Position numbers and translations under genes: made by a program. Source: a virus. From it: 64,000 nucleotides of DNA. Under the pieces are notes generated by a model, which was given only the letters and a program-made list of their open reading frames with translations, was not told the origin of the DNA and ran no database searches. Of this stretch, positions 39,622 to 48,603 are shown one piece after another. How positions within the stretch are numbered: position 1 is the stretch's first letter; each line of letters opens with the position of its first letter. Location of the stretch: positions 113,709-177,708 of IMG/VR virus record IMGVR_UViG_3300049830_000285, one strand, 5' to 3'.

Positions 39622-40041
39622 TTAATCTCCTGGGTGTTCATCTGGTCGCTTGACTTTCAAATTGCCACCGTATATTGATGGAGTTGTGCGTCTGCCGCTT
39701 TCATCTCTTTCACCAAAATAAAGTTCATAGCTCTCGCGCATTGCTTGAGCATACGTGCCACCGCGCCATGGGTCAGCCGGGTCTGACCAACCACTGTTTG
39801 CGCTATATCCTTCTGGATTGGCTTCTAGTATTTCTTGCCAGTCGATATCTGGATTGAGAGATTCTTGATATTCAAAATCTTCTACGATTTTTCGCACAGT
39901 ATCCTTGGCGGCATCAGAAGTAGTTGTTTCTCTCTTCACCGAGATACATGCGCCGCCTTTCATTTCCACCCATCCTTGTTCTCTGAGAAGTCGATGTTCG
40001 CTTTTAAAAAGACATCGACTAAGGATGCTTTCTAAATCCAT
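39622..40041 (-). CDS. Hypothetical protein
   Basis: 139-aa ORF. Confidence 0.5.
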   Translation of the reverse strand: MDLESILSRCLFKSEHRLLREQGWVEMKGGACISVKRETTTSDAAKDTVRKIVEDFEYQESLNPDIDWQEILEANPEGYSANSGWSDPADPWRGGTYAQAMRESYELYFGERDESGRRTTPSIYGGNLKVKRPDEHPGD

Positions 40042-40328
40042 ATGACAACAATAACCACAGGGATAAAAATGTCCTTCTGGAGAAACAAAGCCAAGTCTAG
40101 CTGACGGAAGTTGTGGCGTGGGCGCATATTCTTCATCTAAGGCGTCATCTGCTGCCTCGATGGACTTGTTTTAATCAACATAAGGAAATTCTCTTACAAT
40201 CTTGTAATTTTCGGGTATCCATGTGCATCTGGTGATACCAGCGCCAGTGCATCTTTCCTTCATATAAGCCAACAAGAATGGGACGCGCAGTATCTGGCTC
40301 GTCTTTACCTATTATCCATAGCAGTTTT

Positions 40329-40718
40329 TCAAACTCTCTCATGTAACTCCTTTTCGAGCCGTTCGTTTAATGTTGTCATGTCGTCAATTTTCAAACCAAG
40401 AGGTGCTTCAATTCGCTCAAGTTGAATATTGTCATCATAATCAATGTGAACACCTAAAAAGAAATGCTCGCCATTTCTCATAATAAAGCTGTATGCTATG
40501 TGGTCTTTATGTTTAAAACCGTGCCATCCGCCACCAAATTCAGCAACTTCTTTCGGTGTAGTTGTCTTGAGTGTAATCTCAACATCTTCTTGCGTTCCAT
40601 TTTCCCAAGTTATGCGTAATTTTTCACCATCAACAAGTAAATATCCGTCGAGACTATCATGCGAACATGTATCTAACGCATCATTGTAGATGTAATAAAA
40701 ACTACGTATTTTGCCCAT
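40329..40718 (-). CDS. Hypothetical protein
   Basis: 129-aa ORF with an upstream TTCCTCA motif. Confidence 0.5.
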   Translation of the reverse strand: MGKIRSFYYIYNDALDTCSHDSLDGYLLVDGEKLRITWENGTQEDVEITLKTTTPKEVAEFGGGWHGFKHKDHIAYSFIMRNGEHFFLGVHIDYDDNIQLERIEAPLGLKIDDMTTLNERLEKELHERV

Positions 40719-40793
40719 GTGTTTATTCTACCCTTTTGAAAATATGGTTTTGAGGAAATAGGATAAATCAGCTTCAATGCAGCATTTTATAAT

Positions 40794-41534
40794 ATGTGGT
40801 ATAGACTGGCGCACATTAGAGGGGAGTATTGGCTAAATGAAAATGGCCCAGTACATGCTGATGGCGACCTTGGCGACGACAATCATGAAATGATTGCCGA
40901 AACACATATGCTCAATGAGCTTAGAAACGATATTGAGTCTCCAGAATATTGGGGCGCACAAACATACAACAATGCGCGATTATTATTCATGGAAGCTCAA
41001 GAGCATCCAGGTGCATATATGGGTCAAATGCCTGAATTTATCAAAGATTTGCAAGCTCAATATGGAAATGAATGGTGGGATTACGCTGACTATGACAGCT
41101 ATTTGATTTGGTTAAATACAAGACATTTCAAAGATGAGGCTGTTAAAAAAAGACAACAAGAATGGACTGAAAGAGAAATTCGGGGATTTAAAGACCCTCG
41201 AACACATGCTTCAAAATATTATGATTGGGTGAGAGTGCATGGCACAAATATCGAAGTTTGGGAAATGAACAATCTTACACGCAAGCGCATCGAACGTCAA
41301 ATTGAAGACATCTACCATGATGAAAATGAATATTCAGACGACGATTCGTGGAAAGATTCGCCCAAATTCAATCTTAGTATTCTTTCCACCAACAAATATG
41401 TTGGTGGACTTACTTACAACCAATTAATATCAGGTGGAGAAGTCGAACATCTTAATACACCAAATCACGTTGAAGTTGGTACTCGTGGTACAGTGCCGAC
41501 TAGCGTCCCTGGATATCAATATCAAGGCGGTTAA
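40794..41534 (+). CDS. Hypothetical protein with MWYR N-terminus
   Basis: MWYRLA start directly after TATAAT. Confidence 0.65.
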   Translation: MWYRLAHIRGEYWLNENGPVHADGDLGDDNHEMIAETHMLNELRNDIESPEYWGAQTYNNARLLFMEAQEHPGAYMGQMPEFIKDLQAQYGNEWWDYADYDSYLIWLNTRHFKDEAVKKRQQEWTEREIRGFKDPRTHASKYYDWVRVHGTNIEVWEMNNLTRKRIERQIEDIYHDENEYSDDDSWKDSPKFNLSILSTNKYVGGLTYNQLISGGEVEHLNTPNHVEVGTRGTVPTSVPGYQYQGG

Positions 41535-41935
41535 GAATATTCTTGAATCGTAAAAATAGAAATTAATTGTGTAGCACCGATATTATGCAATTGATTTTGA
41601 GTGTGTTTCCATTCCACACCGTCAATGGGAATACTTATTTCAGCACATTGACCGCCATCATCTTTACTGACCTCACGACCAATAACCATGTCTTCTAAAA
41701 TCCACTCTGTGCTGTGTTGCGTTGGATATGCTTCTAAATCATGTTGCGACAACATATGGCGCAAGTCTTTGGCATCATATTCGACGCCATTCAAAATATA
41801 TTTTGTATCTTTGAACGGCACTTCGTAAGGCTCACCAGTGTCAGAATTATACTTTGTGTACGACGATGCAATTGTTTTTGCTTCAATGATTTGGTCTGCT
41901 TTGACACCAATAACTAATAATGCGCTGTATCCCAT
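41531..41935 (-). CDS. Hypothetical protein
   Basis: 134-aa ORF. Confidence 0.55.
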   Translation of the reverse strand: MGYSALLVIGVKADQIIEAKTIASSYTKYNSDTGEPYEVPFKDTKYILNGVEYDAKDLRHMLSQHDLEAYPTQHSTEWILEDMVIGREVSKDDGGQCAEISIPIDGVEWKHTQNQLHNIGATQLISIFTIQEYS

Positions 41936-41938
41936 AAT

Positions 41939-42667
41939 TTAATCCTTAAATAACCTCAGTTTATTGTAAACACATCTATCTAATCCAATCGCAATCTCAA
42001 AATTTATTAAGTCTTTTTCCACTGACTTGAATCGGGCTTGAAAAGGAACATCTTTACGAAGCGACAAACTCACGACTTCCATCCATTTATCGTCATTCAA
42101 AACTTCTACGTCCATCGTTTTGACGCTGTAATCTGGAAGCCTGTCGCTTGGAATCAATCTAGTCTCTAAGCCGACATGTAAATGAATCATTTGTTCGATG
42201 ATTGGTGCTATAGCTTCGAAATAATCATTCTTTGTATCAGCGGTAAAGATGCATTGGAACTCTTGCTGATAGAACTCTTTCAAACGCATGTTTTTGCTCA
42301 CCTGGTCTTGTTCTTTTCGGAAGCTTTTAGCAGTCTGCCAAACAACTAGAGGCGGTAACGTTAATTGATTATGCAACAAATGTTCCGCGTAGGCATAACT
42401 TGCTGGCGTAGTCTCAGGGCGTAACACAAGTTCTCGCTCGTCTGGTTTTGGTAGTAAATGAAAAACATCTTCAGTGGTGTATTCTTTGCTAATCAAGTCT
42501 TTCGGAATAAGCGAAGGCGCTTCAATTTGATGGAAGCACCAAGCTTTATTAGTGTCCAACAAAGCCTCTTGGATATCTTGTGCAAAAGTGGTGCTAAGCT
42601 GCTGTCGCATCAAAATCTCTTTGCTATTCCAGAATGGAACACCATTTAGATTGTAAATGTTTTTCAT
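41939..42667 (-). CDS. Truncated class II aaRS core, GlyRS (alpha2-type)-like, lacking the anticodon-binding domain
   Basis: LRPETT, WQTAKSFRKE..RLKEFYQQEFQ, LPDYS..TMDVEV, EIAIGLDR, then stop. Confidence 0.75.
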   Translation of the reverse strand: MKNIYNLNGVPFWNSKEILMRQQLSTTFAQDIQEALLDTNKAWCFHQIEAPSLIPKDLISKEYTTEDVFHLLPKPDERELVLRPETTPASYAYAEHLLHNQLTLPPLVVWQTAKSFRKEQDQVSKNMRLKEFYQQEFQCIFTADTKNDYFEAIAPIIEQMIHLHVGLETRLIPSDRLPDYSVKTMDVEVLNDDKWMEVVSLSLRKDVPFQARFKSVEKDLINFEIAIGLDRCVYNKLRLFKD

Positions 42668-43023
42668 TCTTGCTCACTCTCTTTATTGCAGAAAGCAAGT
42701 AAAACGTCAATCGCAGCAATGGATTCTTGGTCTAATCCATCTTTCCATCTTTCTTCTGTTCCTGGTGTGCAAGTAAAGTTTCGAGTTGTCGCCATGCACT
42801 TGCGTAATAAAGGTGCGACATCCCAATGCATAGCATTAGTTATAGTTAGCATTGCTGAAAAACCAACAGTCAATTTTTCAACATTATCTCTAAATGATTC
42901 CGCGCTATTATGAGACATAACAACGCCCACCATTAATACCTGTAATCCTCTTGGAATAATTTTACGTACTTCGATTGGAGTTGGAATGTCACAATTTGGA
43001 ATGACGGCAATATGCGTGCTCAT
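42664..43023 (-). CDS. Hypothetical protein
   Basis: 119-aa ORF. Confidence 0.5.
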   Translation of the reverse strand: MSTHIAVIPNCDIPTPIEVRKIIPRGLQVLMVGVVMSHNSAESFRDNVEKLTVGFSAMLTITNAMHWDVAPLLRKCMATTRNFTCTPGTEERWKDGLDQESIAAIDVLLAFCNKESEQE

Positions 43024-43060
43024 TCATTCATATTACCACAACGAACACATATGAGGAAAA

Positions 43061-43137
43061 TGGAGCCCGGTGCAAGATTCGAACTTGCGATTATCGTTTT
43101 GCAGACGAGCACGTTAGGCCAGCTTCGTCAACCGGGC
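43061..43137 (-). tRNA. tRNA-Cys(GCA)
   Basis: Loop CU-GCA-AA, U73, CCA. Confidence 0.85.
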
Positions 43138-43325
43138 TTAACTATTTTACCTTACTTTTTCTTTTTTGGTGCTGGGGCTGGTTTGCCCTTAGGAGCCTGC
43201 GGAGCTGTCTTTGCTTGTTTCTTCTGTTTGTCTTTGCCTTTTGCCATAGTAATAAATCATACTCTATGCGAAATGCTACTTCCTACATAAATCCTCAATA
43301 AATATATGTGTGATATAATATAAGT

Positions 43326-43697
43326 GTGAAAGAAAATCTTGAACAACGAATGCGAGACACACTTGATGCCGACTTCCCTGAATGGGTGTGGCAACTAAAA
43401 CCAGGAAACCGTATTGCGGTTTGTTCATATCAGGGAAGCTGGAGCCCACAAGGAACTCGTTATTGGTATGCAAAAATCTTTGTCTGCATATCTGGTAAAT
43501 CAGTTTATTATTACGACCTCGATGACACCATGCGTTGGAATGACCTAAATGATGCTCAGAAATTAATCTTTAGAGGCGGAATAAATTGCACACATTACTC
43601 ACAGTCTCTTAAGCCGATTGAAGAACTTGCTGCAATAGATGCTGAAATTGACGCATATCAGGCTGCTCATCCAGATTGGCGCACTCAAGGTATGTAA
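43326..43697 (+). CDS. Hypothetical protein
   Basis: TCCTCA-16-TATAAT upstream. Confidence 0.55.
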   Translation: MKENLEQRMRDTLDADFPEWVWQLKPGNRIAVCSYQGSWSPQGTRYWYAKIFVCISGKSVYYYDLDDTMRWNDLNDAQKLIFRGGINCTHYSQSLKPIEELAAIDAEIDAYQAAHPDWRTQGM

Positions 43698-43991
43698 TCA
43701 GTCTGTTAACAAAACAAAATCATAGCATGAACAGTATTTGCATCCAACGTGCAAATTGTCTTCATATCCGTCAAAATGGCGATAGTAAGGATGCCCACAT
43801 TCGCACATCTTGCTGTCGCCATAATCAGCTCTGTAGACTTTTTCAGGGTGAGCTTCTACATAGCTTTTGACGAATTCAATAAATTCATCCATTCCCTTAT
43901 TGCCAATAAACTCAGCCATCATTTGCATTTTCAATGTATCGTCCCCGTATGGAACTCCAGCTTGTTGAAAAGCACGCATTAAATCATTCAT
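43698..43991 (-). CDS. Hypothetical protein with CECGH..C..CSC Zn motif
   Basis: Cys pattern. Confidence 0.55.
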   Translation of the reverse strand: MNDLMRAFQQAGVPYGDDTLKMQMMAEFIGNKGMDEFIEFVKSYVEAHPEKVYRADYGDSKMCECGHPYYRHFDGYEDNLHVGCKYCSCYDFVLLTD

Positions 43992-44004
43992 GGCTCATTA
44001 TACC

Positions 44005-44874
44005 TCAGACGCCTCGCGTGATATAATCCCAAAGCATTTCTCTGTTAATGTCAACAGCAATCAAATCGCCGTCTTCACACAGTTCTGTTCCCCATTTACC
44101 TTTTTGATAGATTAATTTTCCTCTTAACCAAGTTGCGCATTCTGGGTGTAAATGACATACGGCAGCCGTTGGGTCGTGAAACATTTTGACAGGCTGATGC
44201 TCTAAATATAAATCCATATGTTCATGGAAGACTTCCATTGCACGATTAGTTGGAGCATGTTTCTTAACACTGGCGTGGATATCTTTGTCATAAACAATGG
44301 TGTGGCAAAGATGCTTACCAACAAAGGAACGCTCAGCAACATTTAGGTTCAAAAATGCGTGAGCCCCGATTTGAGAGCCACCTAAATTAAAGGTGTTTTC
44401 GAACAGTTTATTTTCAAATTTCTCTAAACGAACAACATCTAAATTGTGAATTTCATAACCCATAAAACCGCCTTGCATTGTCGCTCTGCCCAATTTACCA
44501 CCGGATAGTAAATAAGGGCCGACGCTGTGTAAAGGCCCACAAACAAAAAGTTCTGCGTCGGGATGTTTTATCATAGCCTCAGCAATGATATTTTCTCCCA
44601 CACCATCGGGTTCACATTCAAGTGGATAGTTGTATTGCTTAAGGAAGTCTAAATGCCTACCGCCAACAGATGATTTATCTCGATTAGGTTTCCCGCTGCC
44701 AACAGGACAATCAACGCCACATTCTTTAAGCAGCCCTTTGGCGACAGCAATCTGGTCTTTATCTCCCGGACTAACAGTAACAGCGACAATCTCAACGCCA
44801 GCGCTAATTAAATAACACAAAGCAAAAAAATCATCAGCATCGCGCCCGATATCGGTTTCAACAATAAGTTTCAT
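44005..44874 (-). CDS. Nucleoside hydrolase (IU-NH family)
   Basis: ETDIGRDADD, MQGG, NTFN, FHDP. Confidence 0.82.
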   Translation of the reverse strand: MKLIVETDIGRDADDFFALCYLISAGVEIVAVTVSPGDKDQIAVAKGLLKECGVDCPVGSGKPNRDKSSVGGRHLDFLKQYNYPLECEPDGVGENIIAEAMIKHPDAELFVCGPLHSVGPYLLSGGKLGRATMQGGFMGYEIHNLDVVRLEKFENKLFENTFNLGGSQIGAHAFLNLNVAERSFVGKHLCHTIVYDKDIHASVKKHAPTNRAMEVFHEHMDLYLEHQPVKMFHDPTAAVCHLHPECATWLRGKLIYQKGKWGTELCEDGDLIAVDINREMLWDYITRGV

Positions 44875-45422
44875 GTGCTTATTGTACCTGAACTGAATAG
44901 TGTGAATGTGGACAAATAGTGCGAGTTAATCTACCAATTTCTTGGCTGATTCTATCAAAATTTGTAAAGGCGTACCCTTGTATTTGTGCTGCCACAAATG
45001 TGGGTCATAAGGTGCTGTGGCGATTGCCCATTCAATTCGCTCTTTCTCAAAACCTTCTGCGACTGGAGTCATTACGCGAATGGTTCTTGGGCTGGATATC
45101 CCACAGATGAACTCGTTTTTTAGTGGCATGATATTTATTCTACCACGCCTGCGTGTGGGTCGAAGTCTTTATTCAACGCATCTTCAAGTTTGTCTGGAAA
45201 ACCATCGCCGCTATATTCCCAAGCAGCATCGTGCATATTCACTTCTACAACTTCGCAATCTTTGTAAAGCTCAATGATTCTCTTAGGTTCCATGCGTTCC
45301 CATTTGTCTTGCTGGTAGTCAACTAACTCACCATTCTTGTAATATCCCTCTCCCCACTCAACTCTAACGACTGTAAGCACTGTTTGTGACATACTGTTAT
45401 TATACATGAAATTGGACTTAGA

Positions 45423-45761
45423 TTATTCAATGGTGTCTTGTAATATGCGTTCCCATGCGTCCCAGTATTCAGACGGGCCTGTAGGAAAAGTAGATGTGCC
45501 ATTTCGACGGAGATTGCACTCCTCTAAAGCCGCCTCTTCGCTTGCATAATGTTCATGAAAAGCTGGTGTACCTCCAGCATTAAAAACCAAGGCCCATATT
45601 CTGACACCTGTTTTGTTAGCAGGGAAACATTCGACTGTTGCATCAGATAATCGTCGCGCAGCATCAGCTACGCCCTCTGCATGTTTTCGACTGTAATATC
45701 CAGAATGGTAACTTTCCCCGCGACATGTGCCACGCACTTCATAAAGTTCAATTCGTTCCAC
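45423..45761 (-). CDS. Hypothetical protein
   Basis: 112-aa ORF. Confidence 0.5.
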   Translation of the reverse strand: MERIELYEVRGTCRGESYHSGYYSRKHAEGVADAARRLSDATVECFPANKTGVRIWALVFNAGGTPAFHEHYASEEAALEECNLRRNGTSTFPTGPSEYWDAWERILQDTIE

Positions 45762-45905
45762 TGATTTATTATAGCATAAATTGGAGTGCAGGTGCCAGTC
45801 TTTATTTGCACATCCGTCATATGTTCGGTGCTAGACGCTCCACGTATCCTGCTTTAAACCAGTCGTCATCTGGCTATGCATACATATTATACCACAACTT
45901 AAAGA

Positions 45906-46005
45906 TGGAGCGCTCGATGGGATTTGAACGTGCATTTGCATCCTTTACCTTACTCAACCTTCGCAAAGTTGGCGGTTACATGCAAAGTACCTCGATTACG
46001 AGCGC
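45906..46005 (-). tRNA. Atypical tRNA-Arg(GCG)-like RNA (100 nt)
   Basis: Acceptor GCGCUCG/CGAGCGC-U-CCA; arm CAACU-UUGCGAA-GGUUG with an extra flanking helix; weak T stem. Confidence 0.5.
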
Positions 46006-46503
46006 ATGTTTGGTGCTTTCTTGTATATTGTTCACGTGACTAATTTACAAGAAGAAGAAGTAATGCTATATATAGCTGGGTTTTGTGCGCATGTGTTTTT
46101 ACACCTTGAATTAACTCCTAAGTGCAAAACAATGCTTGCAACACTTCGTGAAGATAATAAGTTAAAAGCAGCTTTTAACAAAACTCTTGATGAGATGGGC
46201 GAGGTTAACACTTTGACGCCAGACGGTGTTGTTAAAATTAAAGATTTTATCAACAATTAGGTAAGGGTATAGACTCTTCGCTCCATTCTTGATGTAAGCG
46301 TTTTCTCGTGTCTTCTGCATCTTTCTCACTGATAACAGCAGCGTCCCAATATGGAGTTCTACAAATATCAGTGCATATCGTACAGAAGAAAGTGATGATA
46401 TCGTTGTTTTTGGTAGCTTTCTGATAAATCAGTCCACTTTCTCCACGTAAAAACCAACGAGGGTATTTTTTGTCTTCTTTCATTAGTTCCTTGAGATATA
46501 AAT

Positions 46504-46579
46504 TGGTGCCCCAGGCGAGACTCGAACTCGCGGCTTTCACGTTCGAAGCGTGAATCTCTATCCACTGAGTTACCGGGGC
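46504..46579 (-). tRNA. tRNA-Arg(TCG)
   Basis: Canonical cloverleaf UCACG-CUUCGAA-CGUGA, CCA. Confidence 0.92.
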
Positions 46580-46594
46580 ATGGTTGATTAAAAT

Positions 46595-46683
46595 TGGAGC
46601 GCACGACAGGATTCGAACCTGCATTTGAGATTATCTCACTCCTTTAACTAATATAGTTTCGAAGACTACTGGTGTACGTGCGC
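46595..46683 (-). tRNA. Atypical D-armless tRNA-Arg(TCG)-like RNA
   Basis: Acceptor GCGCACG/CGUGCGC-U-CCA; GUAGU-CUUCGAA-ACUAU only 7 nt after the acceptor strand; ~30-nt variable region; normal T arm. Confidence 0.55.
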
Positions 46684-46697
46684 GTTTTTAAGAAAGT

Positions 46698-46772
46698 TGG
46701 AGCATGAGCAGAGAATCGAACTCTGTCCCCTGATTTTGCAGACCAGTACCTAAACCATTTGGCTTCTCATGC
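46698..46772 (-). tRNA. tRNA-Cys(GCA)
   Basis: CUGGU-CUGCAAA-AUCAG, U73, CCA. Confidence 0.88.
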
Positions 46773-46788
46773 ATTTGTTGATTAAATT

Positions 46789-46864
46789 TGGTCTCCTTGA
46801 CTGGACTCGAACCAGCGGTCTCAGCCTTCGCAGGGCTGTGTTTTATCCTCTAAACTACAAGGAG
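46789..46864 (-). tRNA. tRNA-Arg(GCG)
   Basis: CAGCC-CUGCGAA-GGCUG, CCA. Confidence 0.9.
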
Positions 46865-46867
46865 ATA

Positions 46868-46942
46868 TGGCTGAAGAGACTAGATTCGAACTAGTATCCA
46901 AATTGTTCAAAGCAATTTATCCTACCTTTAGACGACTCTTCA
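46868..46942 (-). tRNA. tRNA-Gln(TTG)
   Basis: U1-A72, G73, AAUUG-CUUUGAA-CAAUU. Confidence 0.88.
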
Positions 46943-46951
46943 ATATTTTTT

Positions 46952-47025
46952 TGGCTGAGGAAGCTAGATTCGAACTAACATTTTTCGGGTCAGAGCCGAT
47001 TTTCCTACCTTTAGAAGATTCCTCA
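46952..47025 (-). tRNA. tRNA-Gln(CTG)
   Basis: U1-A72, G73, loop CU-CUG-AC. Confidence 0.88.
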
Positions 47026-47040
47026 GTATTTCTTTCACAC

Positions 47041-47059
47041 TATTCAATTTTCAATGTAC
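47041..47059 (-). promoter_or_regulatory. boxA-like antitermination element
   Basis: GUACAUUGAAAAUUGAAUA in the spacer after the first tRNA. Confidence 0.55.
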
Positions 47060-47072
47060 GTTTTTAAAGTTT

Positions 47073-47148
47073 TGGCTGAAGAGGTTAGACTCGAACTAAC
47101 ATTTCACAAATTCAAAGTTTGGGTTCCTACCAATTAGAAGACTCTTCA
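47073..47148 (-). tRNA. tRNA-Gln(TTG)
   Basis: U1-A72, G73, loop CU-UUG-AA. Confidence 0.82.
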
Positions 47149-47280
47149 GTATGGTTCCAGGCAGTAATGAAATGTTACTAATAGCACTAAGCTGGAATGT
47201 GAGTTATGAAACGGTCACACTCGCTTAGTGGCGAGACTGATTTATGGAGTTAATAAGCAACTATTAGTGTCAGTCCCGAC

Positions 47281-47391
47281 TTAGCGAGTACGCCGACAAC
47301 GTTGCTGGAAAAAGCATCGAGCGCAAGCAACACGAGCAGTGTTCTTGATTTTTGCGCTGTAGTTAGTGATTGTGTTCATGATGCTATTCAT
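47281..47391 (-). CDS. Leader peptide MNSIMNTITNYSAKIKNTARVACARCFFQQRCRRTR (not in the ORF track)
   Basis: 3' half enriched in CGN-Arg, Cys and Gln codons; lies between the promoter and the Gln/Arg/Cys tRNAs. Confidence 0.75.
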   Translation of the reverse strand: MNSIMNTITNYSAKIKNTARVACARCFFQQRCRRTR

Positions 47392-47445
47392 TTTCGTCTC
47401 TCCGAATGCTAAGCCTGGATTATGGGCGGCTTTCCCTTACGTTTT

Positions 47446-47489
47446 ATTATGTCGTGTTCATCTAGCTTTTGTCAACTAGATTTTGAGGA
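47446..47489 (-). promoter_or_regulatory. Sigma70-like promoter with upstream TCCTCA
   Basis: TCCTCA-8-TTGACA-18-CATAAT. Confidence 0.75.
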
Positions 47490-47646
47490 TTTTTTGTTTA
47501 AATCGTCTTTTGAAGCTTCATTAAGTTCAATATCTCGCTGAGTATATGTTCTGAAAGTTCTACTTATGCGTTTACCGCTAAGAGCTTGACGGCTATGAAG
47601 TCTTCGATAGTCGTAGACTTTCATCATAAACCAAATGTAGAAATTC

Positions 47647-48597
47647 TTAAACATTGCTTAATTCTCTTGGTGTATGCACCATTGGGAGTCCATTACCAAT
47701 AGTTTTCTTTGCGAACTTAGTGTTGTTGCGCATCCATTCTTGAACGTACCAAAGCTGCCCACAGCCACCACCGATGTCGTCTTGTCCTGCTGGGTCAAAA
47801 CATCTGGTGCTGAAACCAAGATTCATAAGCTTGGACATAAAGTTTTGCGCAAGCTCTCGTTGTCGTTGATTGGCAGCAGCGATTGATTCGTCTCGTTCGC
47901 AAATAACAGAAATAGTTGCTTGCCAAATACGAGGGTCGAACAAATCAGCAAGGCGTTGAGCGTCTGCATCGCTTGTGTTGTCGGCGTGAGCGCAATAGTT
48001 GTAGAAAGGTTGTCGTCCAGTTCGCTCGAAGAATTCAACTCCGCGCTCTGCAATCTGCGCAAGTGTGAGCTTTTTCTTGAAAGGAATCAATTTATCACGA
48101 TTTTCGTCAGTTGATTCATGAACTGAAAATTGTAATCCGATGGTTGGGATTTGCTCAGCGGCTTCGAAGAGAGGATTGTAGTCAACATCTGGCGCTGATG
48201 TGCTAATGAGAAGGGCTGCCCGTGGATGTTGTTCGTAAAGCGTGTGCATAGCTGGAATGAGCGCTTTGAGATTAAGAAGAGGTTCACCCATACTCATAAA
48301 CATGATTTGGAGCCGCTGGACATCTTTTGTGTCGATTCCCATGTCTTCAAACAAATGATTTGGTTGAGCAACGATTTCATCACTTGTAAGAGAACGAACG
48401 AAATAGTCTCCAGCTCCACAGAAACGGCAACCAATAGGGCAACCAGACATCGTAGAACAACAAACTACTGTGCGTTCATTGTAGGTTGGGTATTTGTAGA
48501 GAACTGATTCTGCGACAGCATTGTCAGTTGTGAAAACATACTTGAGTACATTCTCGTCCGAAGAAGCGATTCGTTTAACGTCAGACCAATTAGGCAT
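47647..48597 (-). CDS. RlmN/Cfr-family radical SAM RNA methyltransferase
   Basis: CSTMSGCPIGCRFC, MSMGEPLLN, SVH, GQDDIGGGCGQL. Confidence 0.88.
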   Translation of the reverse strand: MPNWSDVKRIASSDENVLKYVFTTDNAVAESVLYKYPTYNERTVVCCSTMSGCPIGCRFCGAGDYFVRSLTSDEIVAQPNHLFEDMGIDTKDVQRLQIMFMSMGEPLLNLKALIPAMHTLYEQHPRAALLISTSAPDVDYNPLFEAAEQIPTIGLQFSVHESTDENRDKLIPFKKKLTLAQIAERGVEFFERTGRQPFYNYCAHADNTSDADAQRLADLFDPRIWQATISVICERDESIAAANQRQRELAQNFMSKLMNLGFSTRCFDPAGQDDIGGGCGQLWYVQEWMRNNTKFAKKTIGNGLPMVHTPRELSNV

Positions 48598-48603
48598 TCC
48601 CTA

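Noticed and set aside
43152-43247. Lys-rich 31-aa ORF as a fourth attenuator leader
   Set aside because: No terminator/antiterminator pair; the downstream tRNA is Cys and lysS is 4.4 kb away; probably a small basic peptide.
45782-45880. Possible additional tRNA ending CCUGCACUCCA
   Set aside because: No T loop, acceptor partner or anticodon arm could be built.
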